Assembly (NCBI GenBank): GCA_003427395.1 | Contig: BFEA01000020.1 | Location: 1,874,317 to 1,938,316 of the forward strand | Source: Chara braunii | Taxonomy: Eukaryota; Plantae; Charophyceae | Direction of reading: 5' to 3' | DNA: 64,000 nt | In this document: in pieces, positions 52,351-64,000 of the stretch | Layout of the letters: each line of letters begins with the position of its first letter | How positions within the stretch are numbered: position 1 is the stretch's first letter | Program-made: the position numbers and the translations under genes | Notes under the pieces: model-generated | Database searches by the model: none | The model's input: the letters and a program-made list of their open reading frames with translations, nothing else | What the model was told of the DNA's origin: nothing

Positions 52351-53130
52351 TGGTAGGGGCTCTGCGTTGTCGAGCGCATCGGTCCCGCAGTGGGGGCCCC
52401 CCGGCTGCGTCACGCCGAAATTTGCAGGACTTCGTCGTAGAGCGTTGCCGCTCCGGCCGTGAGCGCCATCCATACCTCTCGCGAACCCCTACGACAGGAT
52501 AGGGCCACGCGAGGTACAACTTACCTCCACCTGTGGAAGTTGTCACCATCCCTTAGGTGGGCGTATCCGCATCGAGTTATCGAACCACATGCAAAGGTTT
52601 TTCGTATCGCAAAGGTGGCCCGACCGAGGGCGTTTCTCGTTTGCTGCAGCATAGGGGGTACGTGCGGTTAACGCCCGAATCAGACCCGTACGCGAACTGT
52701 CGCCCGAGGTGTTGATCTCCCGAACGCGATCCTACGTCGGTCAACTAGGACGGTCAAATCTAAGCACGCGACACATCTTACGAAAACAAATATTTGAACT
52801 TCACACATAAATCGCGCCTAGTCCCTTCTTCCACACTTGACCCATAACTTTTACTAAGTGGATCAGATGAGTATCGCACGCGAGGCTCTAAATAAATATC
52901 ACGGCGATGCAGGTTTAATCATATCGACTAACCATGCATGAATACGCAAGCAGTCGCAGTGATGGCATACTATGTGGTGCCCGTAATTACATGGCCCTCT
53001 ATGGTCTCAAGGGTCACTTTCGACACTCAAGTGTCGGCTGTCACGCGCCTTGAGAGATTAATCTCTCGACGCTAGATAATTGCCAAGGCGGTTGAGAGTC
53101 CTACCCTCTTCTGCACCCGGTGGAGAGTGG
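52351..53130 (+). repeat. Truncated LTR of family C
   Basis: Inverted homology to about 19540-20288. Abuts the truncated RT. Confidence 0.75.
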
Positions 53131-53420
53131 GTGGTAGACAGGCTCTGGCCCTTTGTGGCGGTCCACGCTTATGGCCTTGGGGACGAGCTCCATCATCAAG
53201 GGTCTGGAAAGAGGTCAAGGGGCTTGGCTTTGTCGGCCTTCAACGTCCAACTATGAAAATTCTAAAAAGTAAGGATAAAAAGGGATTTTTCTTTCCTCTC
53301 ATCTTCAAACTATTTAATCACTACGCATGGTCTCAATGGGCCATGCAAACATAAGAAACATAAATATAAAAGCTATGAGATAGGAGACGATCACTCTCAC
53401 AATCACAGTGTGACTTCCTT

Positions 53421-53423
<3 letters not shown>

Positions 53424-53487
<64 letters not shown>
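53424..53487. repeat. (TA)n microsatellite
   Basis: Direct observation. Other microsatellites: (GAA)n near 18916, (CTT)n near 23140, (TG)n near 24495 and (AAT)n near 47567. Confidence 0.95.
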
Positions 53488-53489
<2 letters not shown>

Positions 53490-53699
53490 TCATAGACAAA
53501 ATTAAGTCTGGATTTCAACTCACAGAATATATCTGCAATCACATCAAAGATCCACATTGACAGAGCACATACTACACGGGGTAAACTTCAACCACTCTCT
53601 GCGCTCACACCCCTTGGCCTTATCCACACAAGCCCCACCCTTTGTCCAACCCCCCAAAATAAAAACACTTAGTCCTTTTAAATTGTCATTTAATAAAAG

Positions 53700-56600
53700 T
53701 CCGGGTTAAAAAAACAAAAAAAACAAAGAAACATTTCATTCCACAGGCGCTAAGACCTTAGGTTGAGCAGTGAGAATGAATTAGAGTTGAGTCGGAAACC
53801 GACCTGTTATCAAAGGATAACAGAAGAATGATCCTTATTAGGATTAGGCCGAACGAGTCAAGCCTTCAATCGAATACGTAGATCTGCATCATAGTACAGG
53901 TCAAAAAAGGACCAAATACTATTTAAGATAGATGGAGGACAAGCTTCACCCCGTAGCCCAACTCCTTTACTAACCTTTACCTTACCTCTCTCAAAAGTTG
54001 TTGCAAATTTCTCCTAGTAGAAAAATAATCTAACTCTACAAATTTCAGAAAATTTTGGCAACACTTCCCCCAGGAAAAGTGTCTTTTCATAATTTCTATA
54101 AACTCAAAATGACTAACTCTTTTCAAATTTGTAAAAATTTCGGCAGCGCTTCCCGTAAGAAAAGGATGCTGCCAAAATTTATACAAAGCTGAAAATACAA
54201 AGAGCAAAACACAACTACAAACTTGGGACTAACCTTTTGACACTTACGTGGTAGTCAGAACTAGCGATGGTCTGCGATGGTCTACACGATCCTTCTTTTG
54301 AAGATGGGATCGTGAGCTAACACTAGTCCTAACTCCTAGTAAGATAAAAACTAACTTATCCCAAACTTCCCTTCCCACCATCCATTCGAGTCTATTTATG
54401 GTTCCCGCACTCGGCGAGCATCCAAACAACTAAAGCTATCAAGAGATGCCTCAAACGAGTGACCCCAATCAAACATGCATAATCAACATCTTTCTCAATC
54501 CCACATTTGCTTGAGCCAAGTAGTTCGTTGGTCTCTCAATTTTTTTAACCCTCTTTTATCCCCCTTCCCTATGGCATAAGATCAGACCGCCTCAACTAAG
54601 GAGTATGCCTGATCTGCCTAAGTAAGTGAATAGGGTACGTGAATAAGGTACGCACAACTGAATTGCCCCAACTTAGGGGTATGCCCAACTTACACGACGA
54701 AAAACGTATGTCCAGACTGCCCCAACTTAGAGGTATGCACGACCCAACATAAACTATGAACGTAAAGCATATGACCAGACCGCCCCAACTTAGGGGTACA
54801 CCCGACTTCTGCTTAACTGACGACATGAAGCATGAGAGTAGACTGCCCCAACTTAGGGGCATGCCTAGTCATCCTTAAACGAAAATTACGTACGACATAG
54901 GATTAAACTGCCCCAACTTAGGGGTATGCCTCAACTGCCTAAACAAATACAAACGATGAATGGTCAGACCGCCTTAAATCCGACCTACATAACATCAACG
55001 ACAAAAGGCATATCGCTAGGCTGCCCCAACTTAGAGGTACGCCTAGTTAGCCTAAACGATTTAAGATACATAAGGCAATGTGATCAGACCGCCCCAACTT
55101 AGGGGTATGCCTAATCTACCTAAACAAAGTTAAAAACGACATATGACTAAGCCGCCCCAACTTAGGGGTACGCTTAGCCTCCGTAACAACAATTTAAACA
55201 ACCATAAATACTTTGCACAAACTTTATAAATTTCTTTTCTTCTTAGGCAGATGATCAGACCTACCCAACTTAGGGAGACATTCAACTCTGCCTTAGTCAT
55301 GTTTTTAAAATAAGGAAATTGTATACTAACTCTCTGCCTTTTTCTGTTATCACGGGCATTGAACTGAACCAACCCAACTTAGGGGTACGTTCAGTCTGTC
55401 CGGGTTACCTTCACATTCTACTCTTTATTTGTTTTCCTTCTCTTTTTATTATACCTTACTTATTGACTGGACCTCCCAACTTAGGGTGCTAGTCTGTCAG
55501 ATGCATATAATATATATATCATTTTTTACACTTTGGATTACCGTTTAAGTTCATAGCTTATGGCTAGGTCGCCCCAACTTAGGGGTACACCTAGTCTCAT
55601 GTCGTTGTCCCCCTCAGAAGAAAACACACACAGAATTGGGTCTACGCAACTTAGAATATCCCCAATCTTGCGGCAGTAACCTAAAAGAAACATCAGGAAT
55701 CTGAGCCTCGTAACTTAGGGCGCTCGTCCTCCTGTTCAGAAACCCGAAAAGAAACAAGTGAATGGACCATCCAACTTAGGATAGGCCCAGTCCTTAAAGG
55801 TCATACATTCAGCCCAACATACAAAAATAAAACATAGCACTGGATCACTCAACTTAGATTGATCCATCTTTTGGTTGACCCGGTCAAACCCAAGCAAAAC
55901 ACCTTCCTCCCACCGTCCCCCATTTATTCTATATGAATTTCACACAAATAATCTAGATTATCATACGTACTTGTTAATTTAACCTTTCAAATCAAGTCCT
56001 GAAATTAAAACAAACAAAAATAACAACTCTCTTAAACATACCTTCGATCAGATATAGGGTACTATAGTTTAGTGGATGGGATCACACGTGTAAATTGGTC
56101 ATATACCTGAATGTTCCTTGCCTCCAGAACCCCGCTTGGGCTCCAGCAGAGCTCCCGCAAATCGGTGGGCTGACCTCTCACAAGGTCTTGATGCGGATTA
56201 AGGGTTGCAATCCTGCTTGTCGCCTTCCTCTCTGAACTAGTCAGACAAGACTTAGAGTAAGAAGGGCAGAAGAAAGAATCATTCTTGAGAGGGCCTTGAA
56301 ACCTTGATACACCTCAGGGCCTTAGATCCGAGAAGGGTGCACTCAGACTCGCGTGAGAGGGCCTTGAAACCTTGATACACCTCAGGGCCCCGCAATGGCG
56401 GTCAATCGTATGAAGATAGCCGAATTTCCACTACAAAGTAGCTTAGCCAGTGCTTTGAAAGTCCCCCTAGTTGCTGCAACGACCCTTCTGAAGAGACTAA
56501 CTTCTCCGTCGATTTGTGTCGTCGTTCCCTTAGACCAATGCGCAGGAACGCAGCTTAGAAAGGTCGTGTTCAAAAAGCGCACTCCCCCTGTTTCCTGTGC

Positions 56601-56800
56601 TCTACTTTCGACTATAGTTTCGACAGTGTCACACAACTGCAACAAATCTTCTAACATATTCCCCCTCAATGGCTGCTCAAAAAAATCTCAGTCAGCCAGT
56701 CCTCGTTCAAACAAGCAGCCATACACGACCACCCATAGAATCAAGAAGAGCTCTCAATCTGTCAATCTTGCTAGACAATTCACTCCATAAACTAGGATCG
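53700..56800 (-). mobile_element. Probable 3' portion of an Athila/Tat-like LTR retrotransposon (extra ORF remnant, hairpin array, PPT, LTR start)
   Basis: Minus strand GGGATTGAGAAAGA then TGTTGAT at 54488, and an unassigned ORF at 56382-56669. No pol is present, so the lineage is inferred. Confidence 0.4.
54579..55867. repeat. Array of 17 hairpin repeats plus 1 deleted unit, consensus GCCCC-AACTTA-GGGGTA, with variable spacers
   Basis: CAACTTAG-type cores at 54593, 54669, 54723, 54786, 54849, 54914, 55027, 55095, 55158, 55266, 55375, 55477, 55575, 55647, 55711, 55772 and 55850. Confidence 0.95.
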
Positions 56801-56819
56801 GCCATGCACCACCACCCCC

Positions 56820-57087
56820 TCCTGCTACTTGACTGTCTTTCCACTGCAACCCTCAATGTCATAGCCACAGGTAAGTATCGGTTGTTCGGGCCCTCTGAAC
56901 GAGCAAGTGCCCTTGCGGCTCACACACTTAAGTCGACAAGCACTCAGATAGGCACACATACCACTATGCACGCACACACAGACTTCGGAACTCAGCAACA
57001 TACTGAAAACGCGACAAGGCATATATTCCATGAGCAGAACTCTGAAATCAGTTGTGTGTTTCAGTCCGTGTTTGGCAAGTCATCACA
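56820..57087 (-). repeat. 5' end fragment of LTR family A
   Basis: Matches about 8400-8708 and ends ...GTCATCACA. Confidence 0.75.
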
Positions 57088-59206
57088 AATGCCTTGATTC
57101 TCCTGTACACAATCCTCTGTTTTTTTTATGACAGGTATGATGGCATGCAGCACCCTCGGGGATAAGTACGGCAGCAGCAGCAAGGACACCAACAGAGCTT
57201 GATCATCGAGTTTGCACTCGGATCGTCGTGAATGAGGGAGGCGACCACCAAGAAACCAGGCACGCTCCACTCCACCACCCACCAAATGTGCAAAATGGGA
57301 ATGAATCTCTCGTTAAGGCATGGGAAGATTCGTTGTTAATGGAGTCGCTGGCTGCACCGCCTGCTACTGGCAAAAATCAAAAGGACCTTCCGCTCGAACA
57401 TGGGAATGCACATTCAACTTTCTGGCAGTGGCAATTCCTGCGTACAGTCGGAATCCAGACGAGCCGCTTTCCTCCACTCCTTGCCACCTTTTTCTCCTTA
57501 CTCTCTCTCTCTCCCTGTGCAAATACGGTAGCAAATGGCTCTGTCCCCGACGATGGTGACCCTGATGATGGCGACTACAAGCAGCATAGTCACGACCGGC
57601 ACTGCCCAGCGACCACGAGCATAATCGAGAGCGCCGCAATCTCGATCAACAACCACGAAGGTAGTACAGCGGCTTCAAGCATGGCAGGCAAGATGAATGG
57701 CTTCGTGACTGCGATTGAGATTATGAGGAACCTCAACATACGATCACCTCGTTAGTCACCAGGACTTGCAAGATGAGAATGAATCTTCCGCTAGAACATG
57801 GGCAAATACATGCTATTTTAGATTGATAATTACTCTGCTTTGGCGTGCCGCCTGACCTTCGGTTCCTCCTACGTTCCCAGTGGTAAGTATTTTCCTTTCC
57901 CTCCCCTTTCTCTTCGGCCGGTTTCTACCCCTCACCGTCCAATGCACCCCGTCGACGCCTCGACCAGGTTCATTGTATCTCGCAGTAGGAGTAAACACGA
58001 GTGCAGCCCTTTAAAAATGGTCATGGCCTTCGACAAAACCAACGACCACGAACGGGCAAGGGTCACGAATCGGATAAGAACCAGATTGATGAAGATAGTG
58101 TCGCTGCGTGAAGATGACGACCAATACTGTGATGAAATGGAGAGCGACCAAACGAATCTCGATGAGGATGTCGTAGCAGCTATGACGATGAGCACTGCCT
58201 TGATTCAGACTGCAATGACCAACACAACGATCTAGTCGACCATGCATTCATGAGCGACGACAATCATGATGGTCATTTAGAGGAATACTTGGTCGATGAG
58301 CAGTACGGGGAAGACATCATGCCGATGGTCGAAATAGCAACTCCACCCCTCCCCCGCGTGGCTCCGACTTCTTCCCCATCCGTGTGCAGCCCAAATCGTC
58401 GTACTGCGCATATCACTACTCAGCTCCTAAAAGTAACTCCGCCGTTGGATTCGCCTGACCTCGAAACCCTCACTCCGCATCTTCCTTAGCTTGAATCCAT
58501 TGAGGATCAAGTAAGATACTAGCTTTCCCGCCTCTTCCATATTTGTCTCACGGCCCCTCCCCGCACCACCGTTCCGTACTAACCCCTAATCTACTAACCT
58601 AGCACTCAAACTAACCTCACCATTACACTCGCCCACCCTTAAAACCCCCGTCTACCATCTTACTTCGCTCGATTTCATTAAGAATCGAGCAAGACATCAT
58701 TTTTCTCCTTCCCACCATAGCGAACTTCACACCGTCCTCTGCGCAGTCCTTTTCCCTACTAACTCTCACACTGCACAACTAACGCAAAAACTAACAATAC
58801 CAGCACACTTGCCCTGCTTAAAAACCTCTATTTCGCCTCTTTCCTCGCTCAATTCCATCAAGGAATGAGCGAGATACAACTTCTTCACTCCCTTTCCTCC
58901 CTTTTCTGTGCTTGTACCCTGCGTGTCATCCCGTCCACGTTCACTTACCTTTTTCACCCCCGCCAGTCCTTCGGCTCCCTCGGTTAGCGCATCTAGCAGC
59001 TCGCAGCTCCCCACAATCGTGCACCGCGTCATCCGGCAGTCCCAGCTGCCTCGAAGGAGACTTCAGAGAGAACCGGTTACTAGACAGTTCGATTCGTCTT
59101 TCGCCCCTATACCCAAGTCCGACGAACGATTTGCACGTCAATATCGCTGCGAGCCTCTTGCTCCGCGCCCTTGGCTCTGGTCGGTGCGCAAATTGCGCAC
59201 TAACCC

Positions 59207-59424
59207 AAACACCACAAAGGGTGTCGATTAATGCAGACAGCAGGATGGTGGCCACGGGAGTTGAAACCCGCTAAGGAGTGAGTAACAACCCACTTGCCAA
59301 ATCAATCAGCCCGATGCCTCATCACGTAGGAGGGCGCGGGCCTGATGCAAATCCTGGTGATAGTAGAAAATATTCAAATGAGAACTTTGAAGACCGAAGT
59401 GGAGAGGGGTTCCATGTGACCAGC
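59207..59424 (+). pseudogene. Degenerate 26S/28S rRNA fragment with internal deletions
   Basis: AGACAGCAGGA.GGTGGCCA, CCGCTAAGGAGTG.GTAACAAC and AAATATTCAAATGAGAACTTTGAAG.CCGAAGTGGAGA..GGTTCCATGTGA are conserved eukaryotic LSU rRNA blocks. Confidence 0.88.
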
Positions 59425-59702
59425 TGTGCACAGTCTGCGCCCCTGCCATTGTGCCCTTTACCATTGTGCCCTGGTCGGCTCCACCCAGGCACAGTTCGCC
59501 ATTTTTCGGGTCCCATCGGGCATGCCCCCACTCAAAACTCTCACAGCAGATCGTGGACGGTGTGCCCGCAGAGGGTCCCCGCCAGTGGGCACGCTCACAC
59601 TCAAACCTCTCATAGCAGATCGTGGGTGGCGGCCCTGGGATATCATCATTGAACTTGACCGGCGACGGGCAATCCATAACTATTTTATTTTGTTCACCTG
59701 AT

Positions 59703-59770
59703 CACGGGTGGATTCGAACTCGGGTCTGAATTTCAACAGTTGATTGGGTGTGCCAACTGAGCTAGGACTG
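59703..59770 (-). other. tRNA-derived Pol III promoter (A and B boxes), SINE-like head
   Basis: Minus strand TAGCTCAGTTGG (59764-59753) and GTTCGAATCC (59719-59710). No complete cloverleaf. Confidence 0.6.
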
Positions 59771-60101
59771 ATTTCGGTGCAGGTACCGGGCCGCGTCCCA
59801 AGGTGGGACTTAAATAAATAAAAAGTTTAAACCAAAATAAAAATAATAATAAGGAAACAGGAGGAGGGACAAGAGGGGGAGGTCCGTTGGAACCTCATCC
59901 TTGGTCCCACCAATCGGTTCCACTGACAAGGCCGCAAGCAAAAACCGAAGGGGATGGTCTCGTCAGACCCTCAACCCTACGACTTTCTTCAAAGCTGCTC
60001 CAACGCTCGCTCGTTGCCAGTCATCGTTCTCGATCCCCCTACCCTGCAGCATGAAACTCTAATGACAAACCAACAGTGCTAGGGCCCAAGGATGAGACGG
60101 A

Positions 60102-61094
60102 CTACCGCAAAATTCAATATAAATTGGTGCCGCATGACACGCGGGCCTACCAAAATACCCCAAAGCCACTCCTTGGTCTACAGTCGTACCCACGACCGCC
60201 AAGCCCCACGCCTACCGCTCGGCGGCCCCACCCGTGTTTTTACCCCATCGTTCACTCCGTTTACCATACAAAGGCCGCAGTGCTGTCAAAGTCGGCCTTC
60301 GCATAAGCACATGTGCACCACAATCACATCCACAAGGAAGATCACCTTAGTCCTAGTTTAATCGAAGTCAAAAATTTTCCGGCGGTTGCACAGACTCTGT
60401 AATGTCAAATAAAAACGAAGTATCAAGCGAGTCTGAAAACTGCGTGCCCACCAACTCTCTACTTCGAGTCAATCACTCATTCAGTGTGAACAAAATACAA
60501 CCGCGACTCGCGCGGTGTACTCAAATTTCGGACAAAACTTATTTTCTGTCACTTGCAAAAACCAGGGCGGATACCCTTCTAAGGGTATTCGCACCGACAA
60601 CGCTCTTTCTACCGCAAAATTCAATATAAATTGGTGTCGCACGGCACGCAGGCCTACCAAAATACCCCAAAGCCACTCCTTGGTCTACAGTCGTACCCAC
60701 GACCGCCAAGCCCCACGCCTACCGCTCGGCGGCCCCGCCCGTGTTTTTACCCATCGTTCACTCCGTTACCATACAAAGGTCGCAGTGTTGTCAAAGCCGG
60801 CCTTTGCATAAGCGCACGCGCACCACGATTACATCCACAAGGAAGATCACCTTAGTTCTAGTTTAATCAAAGTCAAAAATTTTCTGGCGGTTGCGCAGGC
60901 TCTGTCATGTCAAATAAAAACGAAGTATCAAGCGAGCTTGAAAACTGCGCGCCCATGCACTCTCTATTTCAGTGTGAACAAAACACAACCGCGACTCGCG
61001 CAGTGTACTCAAATTTCGAACAAAACTTATTTTCTATCACTTGCAAAAACCAGCGCGGATACCCTTGTAAGGGTATTCACACCGACAACGCTCT
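60102..61094. repeat. Tandem duplication, period 507 bp
   Basis: CTACCGCAAAATTCAATATAAATTGGTG at 60102 and 60609, with colinear similarity throughout. Confidence 0.92.
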
Positions 61095-64000
61095 TAACGG
61101 TAATGGCATTTAGTCCCCTATAGACAGTGCACATCCTAAGGGTACCCCATTTCTTGGGAACAAACAATACATGTGCACGTAGGGGAACATACTAGGTTGA
61201 ATCCAACCCTTCTCTGTGAGGTCCTTTATTTGTCGGCGAGGCTCATCTAACTCCACAAAACATCTTGTAAATCCATCCTCTAGGCACTGTTGTCACTTGG
61301 GGATCCTCGGGGCCTAAGCCGGGGTTGGGGTTTGACCCTTCGGACCCCCGGCCAGGGGATCCCCAACCCCCGGACCCCTGGCCCGGGGATCCCTGAGCTG
61401 CCCCCCTCCAAATCACCCCCGCGGCCCCTCCCCTGCCCCNNNNNNNNNNNNNNNNNNNNNNNNNNNNNNNNNNNNNNNNNNNNNNNNNNNNNNNNNNNNN
61501 NNNNNNNNNNNNNNNNNNNNNNNNNNNNNNNNNNNNNNNNNNNNNNNNNNNNNNNNNNNNNNNNNNNNNNNNNNNNNNNNNNNNNNNNNNNNNNNNNNNN
61601 NNNNNNNNNNNNNNNNNNNNNNNNNNNNNNNNNNNNNNNNNNNNNNNNNNNNNNNNNNNNNNNNNNNNNNNNNNNNNNNNNNNNNNNNNNNNNNNNNNNN
61701 NNNNNNNNNNNNNNNNNNNNNNNNNNNNNNNNNNNNNNNNNNNNNNNNNNNNNNNNNNNNNNNNNNNNNNNNNNNNNNNNNNNNNNNNNNNNNNNNNNNN
61801 NNNNNNNNNNNNNNNNNNNNNNNNNNNNNNNNNNNNNNNNNNNNNNNNNNNNNNNNNNNNNNNNNNNNNNNNNNNNNNNNNNNNNNNNNNNNNNNNNNNN
61901 NNNNNNNNNNNNNNNNNNNNNNNNNNNNNNNNNNNNNNNNNNNNNNNNNNNNNNNNNNNNNNNNNNNNNNNNNNNNNNNNNNNNNNNNNNNNNNNNNNNN
62001 NNNNNNNNNNNNNNNNNNNNNNNNNNNNNNNNNNNNNGCCACCCTTGCATACACGCCCTCGGCCATCCCCACCCCCAGCCATCCCCGCCCCCGCACCAGC
62101 GGTGGGTGTGGCCACGGTGTCAGGCGGCCACAAGCAGTGTGCCGCCTGAAAGCTGGGGTTTTGGATCTTAGGTTCAAAGACAAGTCCGTGTTTTGACGGT
62201 ACTCCGGGTAGACCAGGCAACAAAATTAGGGGGGCTCAACGCACCCCTAATTTTGGGCACGCTGAACTTTTCAAGCAACCCTCAAAGACGACGGGATGAG
62301 TGACCGCACTAGGCGCGAGCTGGGCTGAAATGAAGCCTGAAACATTTAGTTAAAAATTAGTATCCAAATTAAAAATGGGAGAAAGAATTAAAGATAAAAG
62401 AAAAGAAGAGAAAAGTGAAATACTCATTGATTTATTTAAAATCTTCGATGATTAACTTTTGATATGAACACCCTAAATTATTGATTTTTCTGACAATAAA
62501 AATAGGAAAAGATGGGAGGAAAGCCGAGATTGTTAGCTGANTGGCGTAGTCTGGNTCCAAGTATCCGCGATCGGAATTACCCCGGATTAATCATTTATTC
62601 AAACTCTCATGATTCTAGCTATACTGTGATGATTGGGATTTGTACCCATGGCTTGCCTAAATCTCCCTAACTCCCCGTAACTAGCGTACTATAAGTGCAG
62701 GATGGACGGATGTGGGGCGTTACCGCTATGTTGTTCATGTGGATCGGGAGGCTCGATACTATTACGGGGTTCAGACATTGTATGGTATTTGGCGCATTTC
62801 ATGCACGGTATTGCCCCGACATCAATGTGGCACACGCCTGGGAGCCATCCTTTGGTTCCGTTTGGACGCGACAGTCTGGTTCGGGCAGGTTCGGAACTAT
62901 TACGGCGCCGTGGCATTCTTCGATATTCGACATGTTACAGGTTTGGAATTGGGTCAGCATCGACATGGTAAGATATTCTCAGGTTCGGTCCTGTTTCGGC
63001 ATTGGCATGGTACGGCTGTTTTTTTTTTCCTTTTCTTTCTCCCGGCCTGGCACTCCAGGCGGGTTTGAGGCTGCTGCAGTTCAAGCTGAGACGAAACAGC
63101 CACCCGAGCAGCATTGGAACAGGCTCCTATGAGTCGAAGGTATCCCTTGGCATGACGGAGTATGGGGCTCGGATCCACATCAAGGTTGGTGTGGTTCATT
63201 TGTTTGGGGCACAGTGTTGATCCCAACGGTACGATCACTGGGGCAGCACTGGTATGGCCACTGAGACCGAAACCTATGATGGCCGGTTGGGGTCGGTACA
63301 GCACATGGGGCTGCTTGAAGAGGGTTCTGATCTGATTCGGGGCTGCTGCGGGTCATAAAATTATGGTTTGGTCAGTGTGATATTATGACCAAAACTGCTA
63401 TGACTCGGCGCGGGCCACTGTGAATCAGACTTGCTACTTCGGAACGGTGACTGGTTCGGCGGTGACGCAGCTACGGTGGTTGATTCGGGAAGTGGTCTAA
63501 CAGACCCTAGCATTGTGACTCGAAGACCCAGGGCTGCTCACACTATTACCGGGACCACTTGCTTTGATATCTCATGGACAGACTTATGCCACCCTTGGCA
63601 CCAACCAGGGGAAAAATAGGACCTGGCTCGAAGGGCCTGGTAAGGATGGCACCGAGAGTACCGGACTTTTTTTTCTTTTTTTTAAGAAAAAGGGACCGAA
63701 GGACGCTGCGGAGATTGAGCTGTGAACGGCCAGCACCATTGGGGGATATAGTCTGGTCCAGCCGAGTGCAGGGGGGAGGTTTTTTTTTTGGGGGGGGAAC
63801 AGCGTGCTAGGCGTACACAGCCCACCACCGGACCGACTGGTGGGCGAGAGAGGGGAACACTTGTGCGCTGGAACGGACGGTGTGCCGGGCGTACCAAGCC
63901 CCCACCGGCACTCTGCGGAGCGCTGTGACTAGCTTGGGGCAAGGAAGAGGAGTGCTGGAGCAGTGCACAAGGGATGGTGTGTGTGACTGAAGGAGGGACC

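Noticed and set aside
54579-55867. True CRISPR array
   Set aside because: Eukaryotic TE context and no cas genes. Repeats vary in their stems, spacing is irregular, and neighbouring spacers share residual similarity (CCTAAAC, GCATATGA).
57100-59200. Short ORFs (e.g. 57228-57755, 57840-58235)
   Set aside because: No domain motifs that I can recognise. Probably decayed TE or noncoding DNA.
59207-59424. Functional rRNA gene
   Set aside because: Short, mutated and internally deleted, with no rDNA unit around it.
59703-59770. Functional tRNA gene
   Set aside because: A and B boxes are present, but the acceptor and anticodon stems do not form.
62040-64000. Overlapping short ORFs and possible MITE ends
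   Set aside because: No supportable homology, TIR pair or TSD within the window.

Overview
Eukaryotic, transposon-saturated nuclear DNA with seven large N gaps. The mix of Ty3/Gypsy elements with tRNA-iMet primer sites, a chromovirus, L1/Tx1-like LINEs and a Penelope-like element with an N-terminal GIY-YIG suggests a streptophyte alga such as Chara (inference). The only host-gene sequence I can support is two spliceable exons of a GH35 beta-galactosidase (minus strand, 27.6-28.05 kb). The rest is nested, decayed mobile DNA: Gypsy A (1.07-8.7 kb, -), LINE-1 (9.7-17 kb, -), LTR element B (17-19.4 kb, +), LTR remnants, LINE-2 (30.9-45.5 kb, +) interrupted by a Penelope-like element (37.66-44.33 kb), a chromovirus (45.5-52.35 kb, -), several MITEs, a 26S rRNA pseudogene fragment and a 507-bp tandem duplication. 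Two signals stand out. (1) A 1.3-kb array (54.58-55.87 kb) of 17 hairpins plus one deleted unit, with an almost invariant CAACTTAG loop, outer stems that change sequence but keep pairing, and diverged spacers. It looks CRISPR-like but has no cas genes and probably lies in an LTR retrotransposon 3' region. (2) The Penelope-like element carries a gag-like upstream ORF (CCHC knuckle, coiled coil, SAP-like motif) in frame with GIY-YIG-RT across one TGA, plus a 30-bp target duplication and a template-switch scar. All coordinates were read by eye and no searches were run.
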